The position numbers were made by a program, and so were the translations under genes. Positions 26,441 through 38,170 of a stretch of 64,000 nt of DNA are shown one piece after another (position 1 is the first letter of the stretch; the number at the start of each line of letters is the position of its first letter). Under the pieces are notes generated by a model. It saw only the letters and a list, made by a program, of their open reading frames with translations. It had not been told where the DNA came from and ran no database searches. The DNA is from an uncultured Chloroflexia bacterium (GTDB taxonomy: Bacteria > Chloroflexota > Dehalococcoidia > DSTF01 > WHTK01), in the NCBI GenBank assembly GCA_963703905.1, contig CAVPFY010000007.1:334374-398373 (forward strand), read 5' to 3'.

Positions 26441-26827
26441 TTACTCCTGATACATCTGGATCAGGTTGCCGCAGGTGTCATTGAAGACGGCAATTGTCGT
26501 CGGGCCTGCCGCCGTCGGTGGCATCGTGAAGGCGACGCCGAGGCCTTTCAGGCGTTCGTATTCCCCCTGAATGTCATCAACGGCGAAGGCGGTTAGAGGT
26601 ATGCCCTGTTCGAAGAGCGCCTTCTGGAAAACCTTAGCGGCGGGGACTCCGGTGGGCTCCAGCAGCAGTTCAATGTCGTCCGGGCCTGCCGGCGAGACCA
26701 CAGTCAGCCATTTGAACTCGCCAACGGGCACGTCCTGCTTCTTCACGAAGCCCAGGGCTTCCGTGTAGAACTTGAGGGCCCTGTCCTGGTCATCGACCAT
26801 GACGCTGGTGAGCTTGATTTTCAGCAC
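26441..26827 (-). CDS. VOC (glyoxalase/bleomycin-resistance) family protein
   Basis: KLTSVMVDDQDRALKFYTEALGF ... FNDTCGNLIQMYQ. A GTG start at 26827 is inferred. Confidence 0.8.
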   Translation of the reverse strand: MLKIKLTSVMVDDQDRALKFYTEALGFVKKQDVPVGEFKWLTVVSPAGPDDIELLLEPTGVPAAKVFQKALFEQGIPLTAFAVDDIQGEYERLKGLGVAFTMPPTAAGPTTIAVFNDTCGNLIQMYQE

Positions 26828-26829
26828 GA

Positions 26830-27195
26830 TCAGGTCCCTTTCCTGTCCGCAGGCGCAGCGGCGCCCGGGCCTTCGTCCCGGAGAAGCGATTCGAGCGCGT
26901 CCAGCTTTACTGTCCACAAGCCTTCGTAGAAGCGCAACCATTCGCCTGCCGCGCTCAACGGCGCCGGCTCGATGCGGCAGATGTGCGTCCTGCCGGCGAC
27001 GCGGCGCCGCACCAGGCCGGCGCTCTCCAGCACCCGTACGTGCTTGGAGGCCGCGGCGAGCGACATGCTGAAGGGCGCCGCCAACTGGCCGATGTTGCGC
27101 TCGCCCGAGGCAAGGCTGCGAAGCATCGAGCGCCTGGTGGGGTCGGCCAGGGCGTGGAAGACGCCGTCCAGAGATGCGGGTCGTCCTAAAACCAT
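26830..27195 (-). CDS. ArsR/SmtB family transcriptional regulator
   Basis: FHALADPTRRSMLRSLASGERNIGQLAAPFSMSLAAASKHVRVLESAGLV. Confidence 0.85.
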   Translation of the reverse strand: MVLGRPASLDGVFHALADPTRRSMLRSLASGERNIGQLAAPFSMSLAAASKHVRVLESAGLVRRRVAGRTHICRIEPAPLSAAGEWLRFYEGLWTVKLDALESLLRDEGPGAAAPADRKGT

Positions 27196-27202
27196 CTGGT
27201 TG

Positions 27203-27231
27203 AATTTACAGGCCCGCGCGGGGACTGTCAA
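27203..27231 (-). promoter_or_regulatory. TTGACA-N17-TAAATT promoter 7 nt upstream of the arsR ATG (leaderless candidate)
   Basis: The minus-strand reading is ttgacagtccccgcgcgggcctgtaaattcaaccagATG. Confidence 0.5.
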
Positions 27232-27374
27232 CCAAGTGGTTCAGCATCGTCTCCCGCGGCGTAGGGCGGCGCGGCCCAATCATCGCCTTCGTCGGTGGCC
27301 GCCCGTTAATGGCGTCGAGGCGATGAGCTTCGACGGCGGTCATCCGCTATCCGTTCGTCAGCAGTTGACGATTG

Positions 27375-28259
27375 CTACGTCGCCGCGGCCACCTCTTGCT
27401 CGACGGCGGCCCGCTCCTGCACCACGTAGCGGTCCAAGAAGTGGCCCACCTCGGCCGCGCAGAGGTCGATGAACGCCGGCTGGCCGGCAAAACCGTGCGG
27501 TTGCTCGGCATAGAGGTGCATCTCGACGGGTACGCCCGCCTTGCTCAGGGCTTCATACATCACTATGCTCGCCGAGACGGGCACGACCTTGTCGGCGGTG
27601 CCGTGAAGAAGCATGGTCGGCGGGAATGACGCCGAGACGTGGTGCAGCGGGCTCGCGAGCCTGGCGCCTTCATCCGTCGCGGCCTCGCCCATGAGCGCGC
27701 GTGCAGGAGTTCCGCCGTGGATGCGCTGCTCGCCGGCGAAGAATACGGTTGGCGGAAACACCGCCACCACGGCCGCCAGGTCCGTCGAAACGCCCGCGTT
27801 GCCGCCGCTGCCTTCGAACCCGCCCAGGCCGGGCGTCCCAGCGGCCAGCAGCACCAGGTGCGCGCCCGCGGAACGGCCGATGGCCGAGATTTTCGACGCG
27901 TCGATACCCAGGTCGGCGGCGTTCGCGCGCATCCAGCGCAGCGCTGCTTTTACGTCCTCGATGCAGGCGGGCCAGGGCGCTTCCGGGGTGAGCCGGTACT
28001 CGCAGGCCACGCCGACGAAGCCTTCGCCGGCCAGGCGGTTGCCGAAGCCGGCCATTACGCTCTTCTCGCCGCCGCGCCAGCCGCCGCCGTGCACCAGCAG
28101 CACCGCCGGCCGCGAAGCGCCGGCGGCCTTTGGTGAATAGACGTCACAGTTGAGGTCGCGGCCGCTGCCGGTGCCGTAGACCAGGTTCTCTCGCACGCTT
28201 ACGTCGTTGCTCAAAGCCGTCGTCTCCTGCACTAGATAGGTTCCGTATGATAGGCGCAT
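27375..28259 (-). CDS. alpha/beta hydrolase (HSL-type esterase/lipase)
   Basis: It has an LLVHGGGWRGG oxyanion motif, a GRSAGAH nucleophile elbow, and a C-terminal HGF. Confidence 0.8.
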   Translation of the reverse strand: MRLSYGTYLVQETTALSNDVSVRENLVYGTGSGRDLNCDVYSPKAAGASRPAVLLVHGGGWRGGEKSVMAGFGNRLAGEGFVGVACEYRLTPEAPWPACIEDVKAALRWMRANAADLGIDASKISAIGRSAGAHLVLLAAGTPGLGGFEGSGGNAGVSTDLAAVVAVFPPTVFFAGEQRIHGGTPARALMGEAATDEGARLASPLHHVSASFPPTMLLHGTADKVVPVSASIVMYEALSKAGVPVEMHLYAEQPHGFAGQPAFIDLCAAEVGHFLDRYVVQERAAVEQEVAAAT

Positions 28260-28293
28260 TCCGGCTGAGTGTGACGCCTTCCCGGAGGTTCGT

Positions 28294-30894
<2,601 letters not shown>

Positions 30895-31007
30895 TTTCTG
30901 CCAGTCTAGCGCTGCCGGCCTGGAGCCTCAGAACCCGGTCGATAAGCCGAGCTGCGTCGGGCTCAGACCCGGCGGGATAATGCCTGGCCCATCGACTTCA
31001 ATTCCGC

Positions 31008-31037
31008 CTGGGCCGAAAGCTGATAGCTGACAGCTTC
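31008..31037. repeat. heptamer tandem repeats (gaaagct gatagct gacagct), inverse orientation of the 21707 family
   Basis: Read directly in the divergent intergenic region. Confidence 0.6.
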
Positions 31038-31048
31038 CCCTGCCAACA

Positions 31049-31079
31049 TTGACGCTGACGTTAAGGGATTTGGTATACT
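31049..31079 (+). promoter_or_regulatory. candidate extended -10 promoter (TTGACG-N19-TGgTATACT)
   Basis: ttgacgctgacgttaagggatttggtatact lies about 50 nt upstream of the ATG at 31128. Confidence 0.4.
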
Positions 31080-31127
31080 CCGAAGCCAGGGAACCTGCTC
31101 AAAACTTCGAAAGGATCAAACCACACC

Positions 31128-32393
31128 ATGAGACTCACCGACTCTCCGGAAGAGGCAACGTGGCGAAAGACCGTTCGTGACTTCCTGAGCAAGGAAATCC
31201 CAGACGCTCTGCGGCCACGCGCCGGTCAGGACGGGATGGCCGCGATGATGGCCGCATTCGGCGAAAGCGGGCAGGACCAGCGTGGCCGTCCCGAGGCCCG
31301 CGCCGGCGGCGCCGGCTTCACGCTCGCCGGCGGCCCGCTGGGCGAGTGGCGCACGAAGCTGGCCCAGAAGGGCTGGATCGCCCCCGCCTGGCCGAAGGAG
31401 TACGGCGGCGCCGGCCTCTCGACCATGGAGCAGTTCATCCTCAATGAGGAGTTCGCCGAGGCCCGCGCGCCGCAGCTCGGCGGCATGGGCGTGCAGATGG
31501 CCGGCCCGACGATCATCATCCACGGCACCGAGGAGCAGAAGGAGGAACACCTCCCCAAGATCCTCAAGGGCGAGACCCAGTGGTGTCAGGGCTTCTCCGA
31601 GCCCGGCGCCGGCTCTGACCTCGCCGGCCTGCAGACCAAGGCGGTCAAGGACGGCGACGACTTCGTGATCAACGGCACCAAGATTTGGACCTCCGGCGCC
31701 CAGTTCGCGAACATGATGTTCATGCTCGCCCGCACGGACCCGGACGCGCCCAAGCACCGCGGCATCACCTACTTCCTGCTCGACTTCAAGACCCCCGGTA
31801 TCACCGTCCAGCCGCTCGTGACGATGTCCGGCCAGGCAATGTTCAACCAGTGCTTCTTCGACAACGTACGCGTGCCCGCGCGCAACGTCGTCGGCGAGGT
31901 CAACCGCGGCTGGTACGTCGGCACGACCACGCTCGACTTCGAGCGCTCGGGCATCGGTTCGGCCGTCGGCACGGCGCAGAACGTCGACCGCATGATCCAG
32001 TGGGCCAAGGACAACGTGGTCAACGGCCACTCGATGCTGCGGCGCAACCCGCTGGTGCGGCTGGAGCTGACCGACCGCCTGATCGAGGCCAACGTCGCGA
32101 AGATGCTCTCGTACCGCGTGGTTCACATGCAGAACGTCGGCATGGTGCCGAACCACGAAGCTTCGATGTGCAAGATGTACTCCTCGGAGCTGGGCCAGCG
32201 CATCGCGCGCACCGGTATCAAGATGGTCGGCCTGTACGGGCTCGCCTGGGACGCCCAGTCGCCGCACTCGCCCAACCGTGCCCAGTACTCGCGCGGTTAC
32301 GTCACCAGTGTTTCCGGCACCATCGCCGGCGGTACCAGTGAGATCCAGCGCAACATCGTGGCCCAGCGCGGCCTGGGGCTGCCGAGGGACTAA
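31128..32393 (+). CDS. acyl-CoA dehydrogenase family protein, paralog 5
   Basis: Intact 421 aa with the same conserved blocks. It ends AGGTSEIQRNIVAQRGLGLPRD. Confidence 0.9.
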   Translation: MRLTDSPEEATWRKTVRDFLSKEIPDALRPRAGQDGMAAMMAAFGESGQDQRGRPEARAGGAGFTLAGGPLGEWRTKLAQKGWIAPAWPKEYGGAGLSTMEQFILNEEFAEARAPQLGGMGVQMAGPTIIIHGTEEQKEEHLPKILKGETQWCQGFSEPGAGSDLAGLQTKAVKDGDDFVINGTKIWTSGAQFANMMFMLARTDPDAPKHRGITYFLLDFKTPGITVQPLVTMSGQAMFNQCFFDNVRVPARNVVGEVNRGWYVGTTTLDFERSGIGSAVGTAQNVDRMIQWAKDNVVNGHSMLRRNPLVRLELTDRLIEANVAKMLSYRVVHMQNVGMVPNHEASMCKMYSSELGQRIARTGIKMVGLYGLAWDAQSPHSPNRAQYSRGYVTSVSGTIAGGTSEIQRNIVAQRGLGLPRD

Positions 32394-32430
32394 GCGGGCT
32401 GTCGGCTAGTCGGCCAGTCGGCCCAGAACC
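32394..32430 (+). repeat. octamer tandem repeats immediately after the ACAD stop
   Basis: TAA gcgggc tgtcggc tagtcggc cagtcggc ccagaacc. Confidence 0.75.
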
Positions 32431-32444
32431 GAAGGCTGCGAAGG

Positions 32445-32476
32445 GGGCCAGGCGAACCGCCTGGCCCTTTCTCATT
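32445..32476 (+). terminator. rho-independent terminator candidate
   Basis: gggccaggcg-aac-cgcctggccc (10-bp stem) is followed by tttctcatt. Confidence 0.6.
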
Positions 32477-32523
32477 GGCGCCCGCCCGGGTGTAGAGTCT
32501 GTCAGCGCTGAGAGGAGCATCCG

Positions 32524-32874
32524 ATGCTGAAGGTAATGAACTGGCGTGATGTCGAAGAGCGGCCGGCGCGTGGCGGGCTGCTGGTGCGCCGCGTGTTCGA
32601 TGCCGGCGCGGGCGGGTTCGAGAGCAGCTTCAGCTTCGCTCAGTACAACCGCATACCGCCCGGAGAAGCCAACGAGCCGCACCTGCACGAGGACATCGAG
32701 AAGGTGTACTACGTAATCCAGGGCGCGGGGCTGGTGCGCTGCGGCGCCGAAGAAGCGCGCGTGGCCGCGGGCGACTTCTTTTTCCTGCCCGTGCGCGTCG
32801 AGCACTCGGTGGCGAACGTCGGCATCGACGAGCTGCAAATGGTGGTCTTCGCGGCGAACGTCAAGCCCGCTTAG
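32524..32874 (+). CDS. cupin domain protein
   Basis: PHLHEDIEKVYYVIQGAG...GDFFFLPVRVEHSVANVG is the two-motif cupin signature. Confidence 0.75.
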   Translation: MLKVMNWRDVEERPARGGLLVRRVFDAGAGGFESSFSFAQYNRIPPGEANEPHLHEDIEKVYYVIQGAGLVRCGAEEARVAAGDFFFLPVRVEHSVANVGIDELQMVVFAANVKPA

Positions 32875-32875
32875 C

Positions 32876-33850
32876 GTGATGAAGGTCCTGATCCAGACCC
32901 GGGCGCTCACGCTGCCGGACGTCAGCGAAGCAGAGCTGGCCCAGGTGCGCGAGGCGGCCGGACCCGGCGCCGAGGTGGTGCTGGTGCACAACGACGAGGA
33001 CGCGCTGGCCCACCTGCCGGATGCCGAGGTGGTACTGGGCCTGGTCGACCGCCAGACGTTCCCGCTGGCGACGCGCCTGCGCTGGCTTCACGCCGTGGTC
33101 TCCGGTGTCGACATGGTGCTGTTCCCCGAATTCGTGGGCAGCGATGTGGTCCTTACCGGCGAGAAGGGCCTCGTCGGCGAGCACCTGGCGGACCACGCTT
33201 TCGCCCTGCTCCTGGCGCTAACCCGCCAGCTTCGGCGTGCGATCCTGGAGGCGCCGAATTCCTGGCCCAGCCGCCTGCCGATGCGCCGCGAGATGGTGGA
33301 GCTGCACGGCCTGACGATGGGCATCGTCGGCCTGGGCGGCACCGGGCGCGCGGTTGCCGCGAGAGCCGGGGCGTTCGGCATGGACGTTATCGCTGTCGAC
33401 GCGGAGGCTGTCACGCGTCCGGACGCGGTTTCAGCGGTCTACGGCATGGACGGCTTCACGGAACTGCTGGGCCGTTCCGACGCCGTGGTCATCTGCTGCC
33501 CGCTGACCGAATCGACGCGCAACCTCTTCGACGACCGCGCTTTCGCGGCGATGCGGCCTGCTTCCTACCTCGTCAACGTCACCCGCGGCGCAATTGTCGA
33601 CGGCGATGCCCTTGTCGGCGCCCTGCGGTCCGGCGCGCTGGCCGGCGCCGGCCTGGACGTGACGCCGATCGAGCCGCTGCCGCCGGAGCATCCCCTCTGG
33701 CAGCTTCCCAACGTGGTGATCACGCCTCACACGGCCGGCGCTTCACAGATGCGCGGCCACCGCAACATGGGGCGATTCATCGATAATCTGCGCCGTTATC
33801 GCGCCGGCGAGCCCCTGGAGGGCGTGGTGGACAAGCTCAAGGGCTACTGA
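32876..33850 (+). CDS. D-isomer-specific 2-hydroxyacid dehydrogenase family protein
   Basis: GIVGLGGTGRAVAARAGAFGMDV (NAD-binding site) plus NVTRGAIVD and ITPHTAG catalytic motifs. Confidence 0.85.
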   Translation: MMKVLIQTRALTLPDVSEAELAQVREAAGPGAEVVLVHNDEDALAHLPDAEVVLGLVDRQTFPLATRLRWLHAVVSGVDMVLFPEFVGSDVVLTGEKGLVGEHLADHAFALLLALTRQLRRAILEAPNSWPSRLPMRREMVELHGLTMGIVGLGGTGRAVAARAGAFGMDVIAVDAEAVTRPDAVSAVYGMDGFTELLGRSDAVVICCPLTESTRNLFDDRAFAAMRPASYLVNVTRGAIVDGDALVGALRSGALAGAGLDVTPIEPLPPEHPLWQLPNVVITPHTAGASQMRGHRNMGRFIDNLRRYRAGEPLEGVVDKLKGY

Positions 33851-34788
33851 GGCGGGCCGACTCTGGACAGCCAGAGCCCGCCGCTTCCAGTGTCCGGAGG
33901 CCTGATCTTTCCCGGCACCCCGGGGCTCGCAACGGTACTCGGCTCGGCAAGGGTTCCGCCCCGAGCTACAAACTGCGCGTCGTCTAGAGAGTTCAAAGGG
34001 ATGCGGGAGGCGGTGATCCGGACGGTTGGGGGCAGTGGCGGCGCGTCAAAGCTAGCAAATACTGCCTCAGCAGCAGGCAGGCCCGGCATGCTGTCATAGA
34101 GCCGCTGACTCATGTACAGCGGCAAGTTCTCGTCATCTGATGGATCCTCGAAGAGAGTGACGTCGGAGCCTTCGAGCCTAAATCTCATCAGCGTTTTCCA
34201 ACCCTCTGGTAAGTGCTTGAGGAAGACGACATATTGCTCCGCTGCGAAGAAGTGATGTGGCGTACTCAGGGGACAGGACGAAAGGCCACCCTTCGACTCC
34301 AGTACACGCAGACGTTGTTCCAGGTCGCGGCGGCCGGCCTCGTCCACCTGAAGATCGACCGGCATCGATCCCGCCAGCGCCCGCGTGACGTGCAGCGAAG
34401 CACCGAATCCTGAGAGGTCGAATCGCGAGCCAGGTGATTCCGGTGATTCTGGACCCGCAGACTCTGCGGACATCGCGTTCGGAGTTGAGGTTGGTGCTGG
34501 AGTAAGGGTGCCAGTTGGCGTTACCGTCGGCGCGCGATTTGTCGCCCCCATCACCGAACTCACCAGGACCAGGGCGACGGCATCGGATTCCGTCGCGAAT
34601 TCGTCAAGCGTGTAAGGGTCGAACGGACCTGTGCAGGCGAAGGCTGACTTGGGCGTCGCCGGGAGCCCGGACGCGCCGAAGACGACGACCACACCAAGCA
34701 GGACGACGAGCGACGTGAGTCTCAACGAAGCAGCTCCTTCGAACGTAAGAACGCCGACGCGTGGTTTCGGGTTAACCTCTTCGCTCAT
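33844..34788 (-). CDS. hypothetical secreted/anchored protein, lower-GC gene
   Basis: It has an N-terminal TM/signal segment LTSLVVLLGVVVVFGASG and a Thr/Pro-rich linker. The C-terminus has PPDTGSGG, resembling the sorting-like motif of the CHRD protein at 46342. Confidence 0.5.
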   Translation of the reverse strand: MSEEVNPKPRVGVLTFEGAASLRLTSLVVLLGVVVVFGASGLPATPKSAFACTGPFDPYTLDEFATESDAVALVLVSSVMGATNRAPTVTPTGTLTPAPTSTPNAMSAESAGPESPESPGSRFDLSGFGASLHVTRALAGSMPVDLQVDEAGRRDLEQRLRVLESKGGLSSCPLSTPHHFFAAEQYVVFLKHLPEGWKTLMRFRLEGSDVTLFEDPSDDENLPLYMSQRLYDSMPGLPAAEAVFASFDAPPLPPTVRITASRIPLNSLDDAQFVARGGTLAEPSTVASPGVPGKIRPPDTGSGGLWLSRVGPPQ

Positions 34789-34946
34789 ATTCGCCTCTAT
34801 CGACAGCGGAGGGTTCGTCGAAGACCTATCGTCGCTCTATCCTCTGCACGTTCACGATCCTGCTATCCGCGGCCGCGCCCCTTGACGCGGACGAAAGTGC
34901 GCGCGCCGCATGCTTCGCACGAAGCTTCCTCCAGGAGTCGCTAACC

Positions 34947-35570
34947 ATGGTCAAAGAACGCGCGTCCAGGGTGACCCAACGCCGCATGACGTCCGCTGCC
35001 CGGCCGTCCGTCACGGAGCAGCGCCGTCCGGCTTCGACGCGGATGCCGCGGACCCAAATTCAGGAGTACGGCCAGATCCGCGATATGCCGATCGCCCTCC
35101 TTGGCAAGGCCCGCGGCGAAAGCTGCCAGATACTGAACCAGGTGCTCGCGGACAGCATCATCCTTTACAACCTCTACAAAAAGCACCACTGGCTGGTGCG
35201 CGGCCCGACCTTCTACCAGTTGCACTTGCTCCTGGACAAGCACGCGGCCGAACAGCTTGCCCTCATCGACCTCATGGCGGAGCGGGTGCAGACGCTCGGA
35301 GGCGTTGCCGTCGCCGATCCGCGTCACGTGGCCGAGATCACCACGATCGAGCGGCCGCCGAACGGCGCCGAGGCGGTGCCCGTGATGCTGTTTCGGCTGG
35401 TCCAGGCCCACGAGATCATCATCGAGGAGACGCGCGGCGGAATCGAACGCACCGACAAGCTCGCCGACTGGGGCACAAACGACCTCCTGATGAGCGACGT
35501 CCTGCGCACGAACGAGCTCCAGGTCTGGTTCATCCACGAGCAACTGGTCGACATGCCGCTGGTCCCCTGA
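34947..35570 (+). CDS. dps: Dps family DNA-binding ferritin-like protein
   Basis: LNQVLADSIILYNLYKKHHWLVRGPTFYQLHLLLDKHAAEQ ... DLLMSDVLRTNELQVWF. The basic N-terminal extension leaves the start uncertain. Confidence 0.85.
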   Translation: MVKERASRVTQRRMTSAARPSVTEQRRPASTRMPRTQIQEYGQIRDMPIALLGKARGESCQILNQVLADSIILYNLYKKHHWLVRGPTFYQLHLLLDKHAAEQLALIDLMAERVQTLGGVAVADPRHVAEITTIERPPNGAEAVPVMLFRLVQAHEIIIEETRGGIERTDKLADWGTNDLLMSDVLRTNELQVWFIHEQLVDMPLVP

Positions 35571-35706
35571 CTCAGCGCGGAGGAGAAGGAGGCGCCGATG
35601 GGCTGGCTCCGGTGTAACTGGCTCAGGCTGCTCGTCATGATCAAGGTGGGCGGGCTGGGAGGCCCGGCCTGCGGATGACTCCGACGGCCGTCAGCGTCCT
35701 TCGAGG

Positions 35707-37471
35707 TCAGCCGACGACGGCGAGGTCCTGCAGAGTCAACTGCAGCGCGCCGCCGAAGCCATCGTACGCGGGGCCGTAACGGTCGCTGGAAAAGCTGTAG
35801 ACCGCGTCGATACGGGTGCCGGGAAGCAAGGCCGGCGCCTCCCAGCCGAAGAGAATGGCGGACCAGGTTACGGGACCGTCCTTCAGCTTCAGGCGCAGGT
35901 GGCGGGCATCCTCGCCGACCGTCCACGAATCGAGGACGGTGACGCCGCGGCTGAGCAGTGAGGGCTCAGGGTTGGCCATGCCGAAGGGCTCCAGCTTGCT
36001 CAGCCACTTGATCTCCTGCCCGCGCACCAGGCCCAGGTCCCACTCGGCATCGACGTCCAGCACCGGCCCCAGGTCGACGCCGGCCAGGGCTTCGGCGGCG
36101 TGGGCGACCATGCGCTGCTCTAGCTCTGGCAGGCGGCTGTTGCGGATGGTGAAGCCGCCGGCCTGGCGGTGGCCGCCGAAGCGCTCGAAGAGGTCTCCGC
36201 AGGCGCGCAGGCCGCTGACGATGTCGTACTCGGGGATGCTGCGGCAACTGCCGCGGCTGAACTCATCGCCCATCTGAAACACCACCGCCGGCCTGCCCAG
36301 CGCCTCGACCAGGCGCGAGGCCACAAGCCCGACGACGCCCTGGTGGAATGCGGCTGCGCCGACGATGCTGAGAGGCAGGTCCGCGCTTCCGGCGGTCATC
36401 TCCAGCGCCAGCGCTTCGGCCTCGCGGGTCATCTCCTGGCGCTCGCGGTTCAGCTGGTCCAGGCGTGTCGCCAGCTCCAGCGCGCGTGCCTCATCACTGG
36501 TCATCAGCAGCTCCAGCGCCAGCCCCGCGTCCTCCAGCCGGCCGGCCGCGTTGAGCCGCGGCCCCAATGTGAAACCGATGGCCCGCGACGACACCTGCTT
36601 CGGGTCGACGCCGGCCACGCGCATCAGCGCCGCGAGGCCGGGCCGCGATGTCGTCGCCAGCGCCTCAAGGCCGCGGCGCACGATGTCGCGATTCTCGTCG
36701 ACCAGCGGCACCAGGTCCGCGACCGTCCCCAGGGCCGCCAGGTCCAGGTAGCGCTCGGCCGGGAAGGAGTGCCCGCAGGCTTCGTAGAGGGCGCCGGCGA
36801 AGCGGTAAGCAAGGCCGGCGGTTGCGAACTCAGCGAACGGGTACTCGGAAGACGGCAGCTTGGGATTTACCAGCGCCGTCGCCGGCGGCAACTCCACAGG
36901 CGTCGTGTGGTGGTCGAGGACTATGACGTCGAGGCCGAGCTCGCGGGCGCGTGCCGATCTCGATGACGTTCGTCGTGCCGCAGTCGCACGTGACCAGGAC
37001 CTTTGCGCCGCCCGCGGCGATGCTCTCGATGGCGCCGATGTTGAGGCCGTAGCCCTCGCGCTCGCGGTTTGGGATGTAAGGCCGGGCACTGCCGCCGAGG
37101 TCGTTCACCGCCTCTGTAATCGTGGCCGTGGACGTGATCCCGTCGACGTCGAAGTCGCCGTACACGGTGACGGGCTCGCCGGCTTGGACGGCGTCACGCA
37201 GACGGCCGATCGCGGCGCTGAGGCCGGGAAGGCGATAGAGGTCACGCCGGGGCATATCCTTGCCGCCGAGGAACATCTGGGCCTCGGCGTTCGATGAGAT
37301 GCCGCGAAGCTCCATGAGGCGGGCGACCAGGGACGGTAGGCCGCTGTGGGCCAGCTGGCCTTCCAGGGCGCCGGCCCGGAATCGCCAGCGTCGCCGGCCG
37401 CCGGGCGCCTGGCCGGTAGCGGGAATAAGGATACGCGCGGCGGGTAATTGCGCAGTCTCCAGAGCGAACAC
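35707..37471 (-). pseudogene. recJ: single-stranded-DNA-specific exonuclease RecJ (frameshift near 36958)
   Basis: The DHH motifs are VTVYGDFDVDGITS, LVTCDCGT and VIVLDHH. ORFs 36830..37471 and 35707..37089 join as ...TNVIEI / ARARELGLDVIVLDHH. Confidence 0.88.
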
Positions 37472-37500
37472 ATATTCGGGTTAGGGACGTTGCCGTGTCA

Positions 37501-37676
37501 ACCCTCTCCCCCTGCCCCCTCTCCCATGAAGGGCGAGGGCGTTCTGAGAGCGTATGGATTCGTCGAAAGCGTGGCCTGCCTCAGTTGCCGGGTTTGGGCT
37601 CCCCCATTCCGCCCTCTGGTCCCTTCCCGCTCTGATCCCCTTCCCCCTCCCTGGGGGAAGGGTTAGGGAAGGGGAC
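37501..37676. repeat. C/T-rich and G/A-rich intergenic repeat with hairpin cccttccccc-tccct-gggggaaggg
   Basis: The hairpin arms are at 37638..37647 and 37653..37662. Related ccctctccc / gggcgaggg segments lie at 37501..37540. Confidence 0.6.
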
Positions 37677-37750
37677 CGTTTCTGTTAGCCTGTCCTTGAC
37701 ACGTCGGCGGCGCCCGCGAATAGTACGCGAAAGCCTTCGAGGAACCCGCC

Positions 37751-38170
37751 ATGGCGACCGACACCGGCCCGGCAGCCCCGCCCCAGAAGGCGGTAGAGAT
37801 CATCCTCGCCAGGCAACTAGCCAGCTATCTGGCCATGCCCGTATTCCTGGTCGACCCCGAAGGCAACCTCCTCTACTACAACGAAGCGGCAGAGGTGATA
37901 CTCGGCCAGCGCTACGAAGAGCACGGTGAGCTCACCGCCGCCGAGTGGTCCAGCATTTGGGACCCGACAACAGACCAGGGGACGCCTCTCCCTCCCGAGG
38001 AGTTGCCGTTGATGATCGCGCTCACGCGCCGCCAACCCGCGCACCGCCACATGAGGATCACAGGCCTCGATGGCGTCGTGCGCCAGATCGAGGTTACGGC
38101 CTTCCCCATCGAGGGCCAGGGCGGGCGGCACCTTGGCGCCGTGGCCCTGCTCTGGGAGTCGCCGCGATGA
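37751..38170 (+). CDS. stand-alone PAS domain protein
   Basis: PVFLVDPEGNLLYYNEAAEVILGQ ... ITGLDGVVRQIEVTAFPI is a PAS-fold pattern. The stop overlaps the next start (ATGA). Confidence 0.6.
   Translation: MATDTGPAAPPQKAVEIILARQLASYLAMPVFLVDPEGNLLYYNEAAEVILGQRYEEHGELTAAEWSSIWDPTTDQGTPLPPEELPLMIALTRRQPAHRHMRITGLDGVVRQIEVTAFPIEGQGGRHLGAVALLWESPR

Noticed and set aside
33844-34800. Treating the AT-richer segments (33.9-34.8 kb, 55.9-57.1 kb, 60.3-60.8 kb, 63.3-63.95 kb) as parts of one integrated mobile element.
   Set aside because: They are separated by core genes. No integrase, transposase, tRNA target or flanking direct repeats are visible. They are better treated as independent small insertions.
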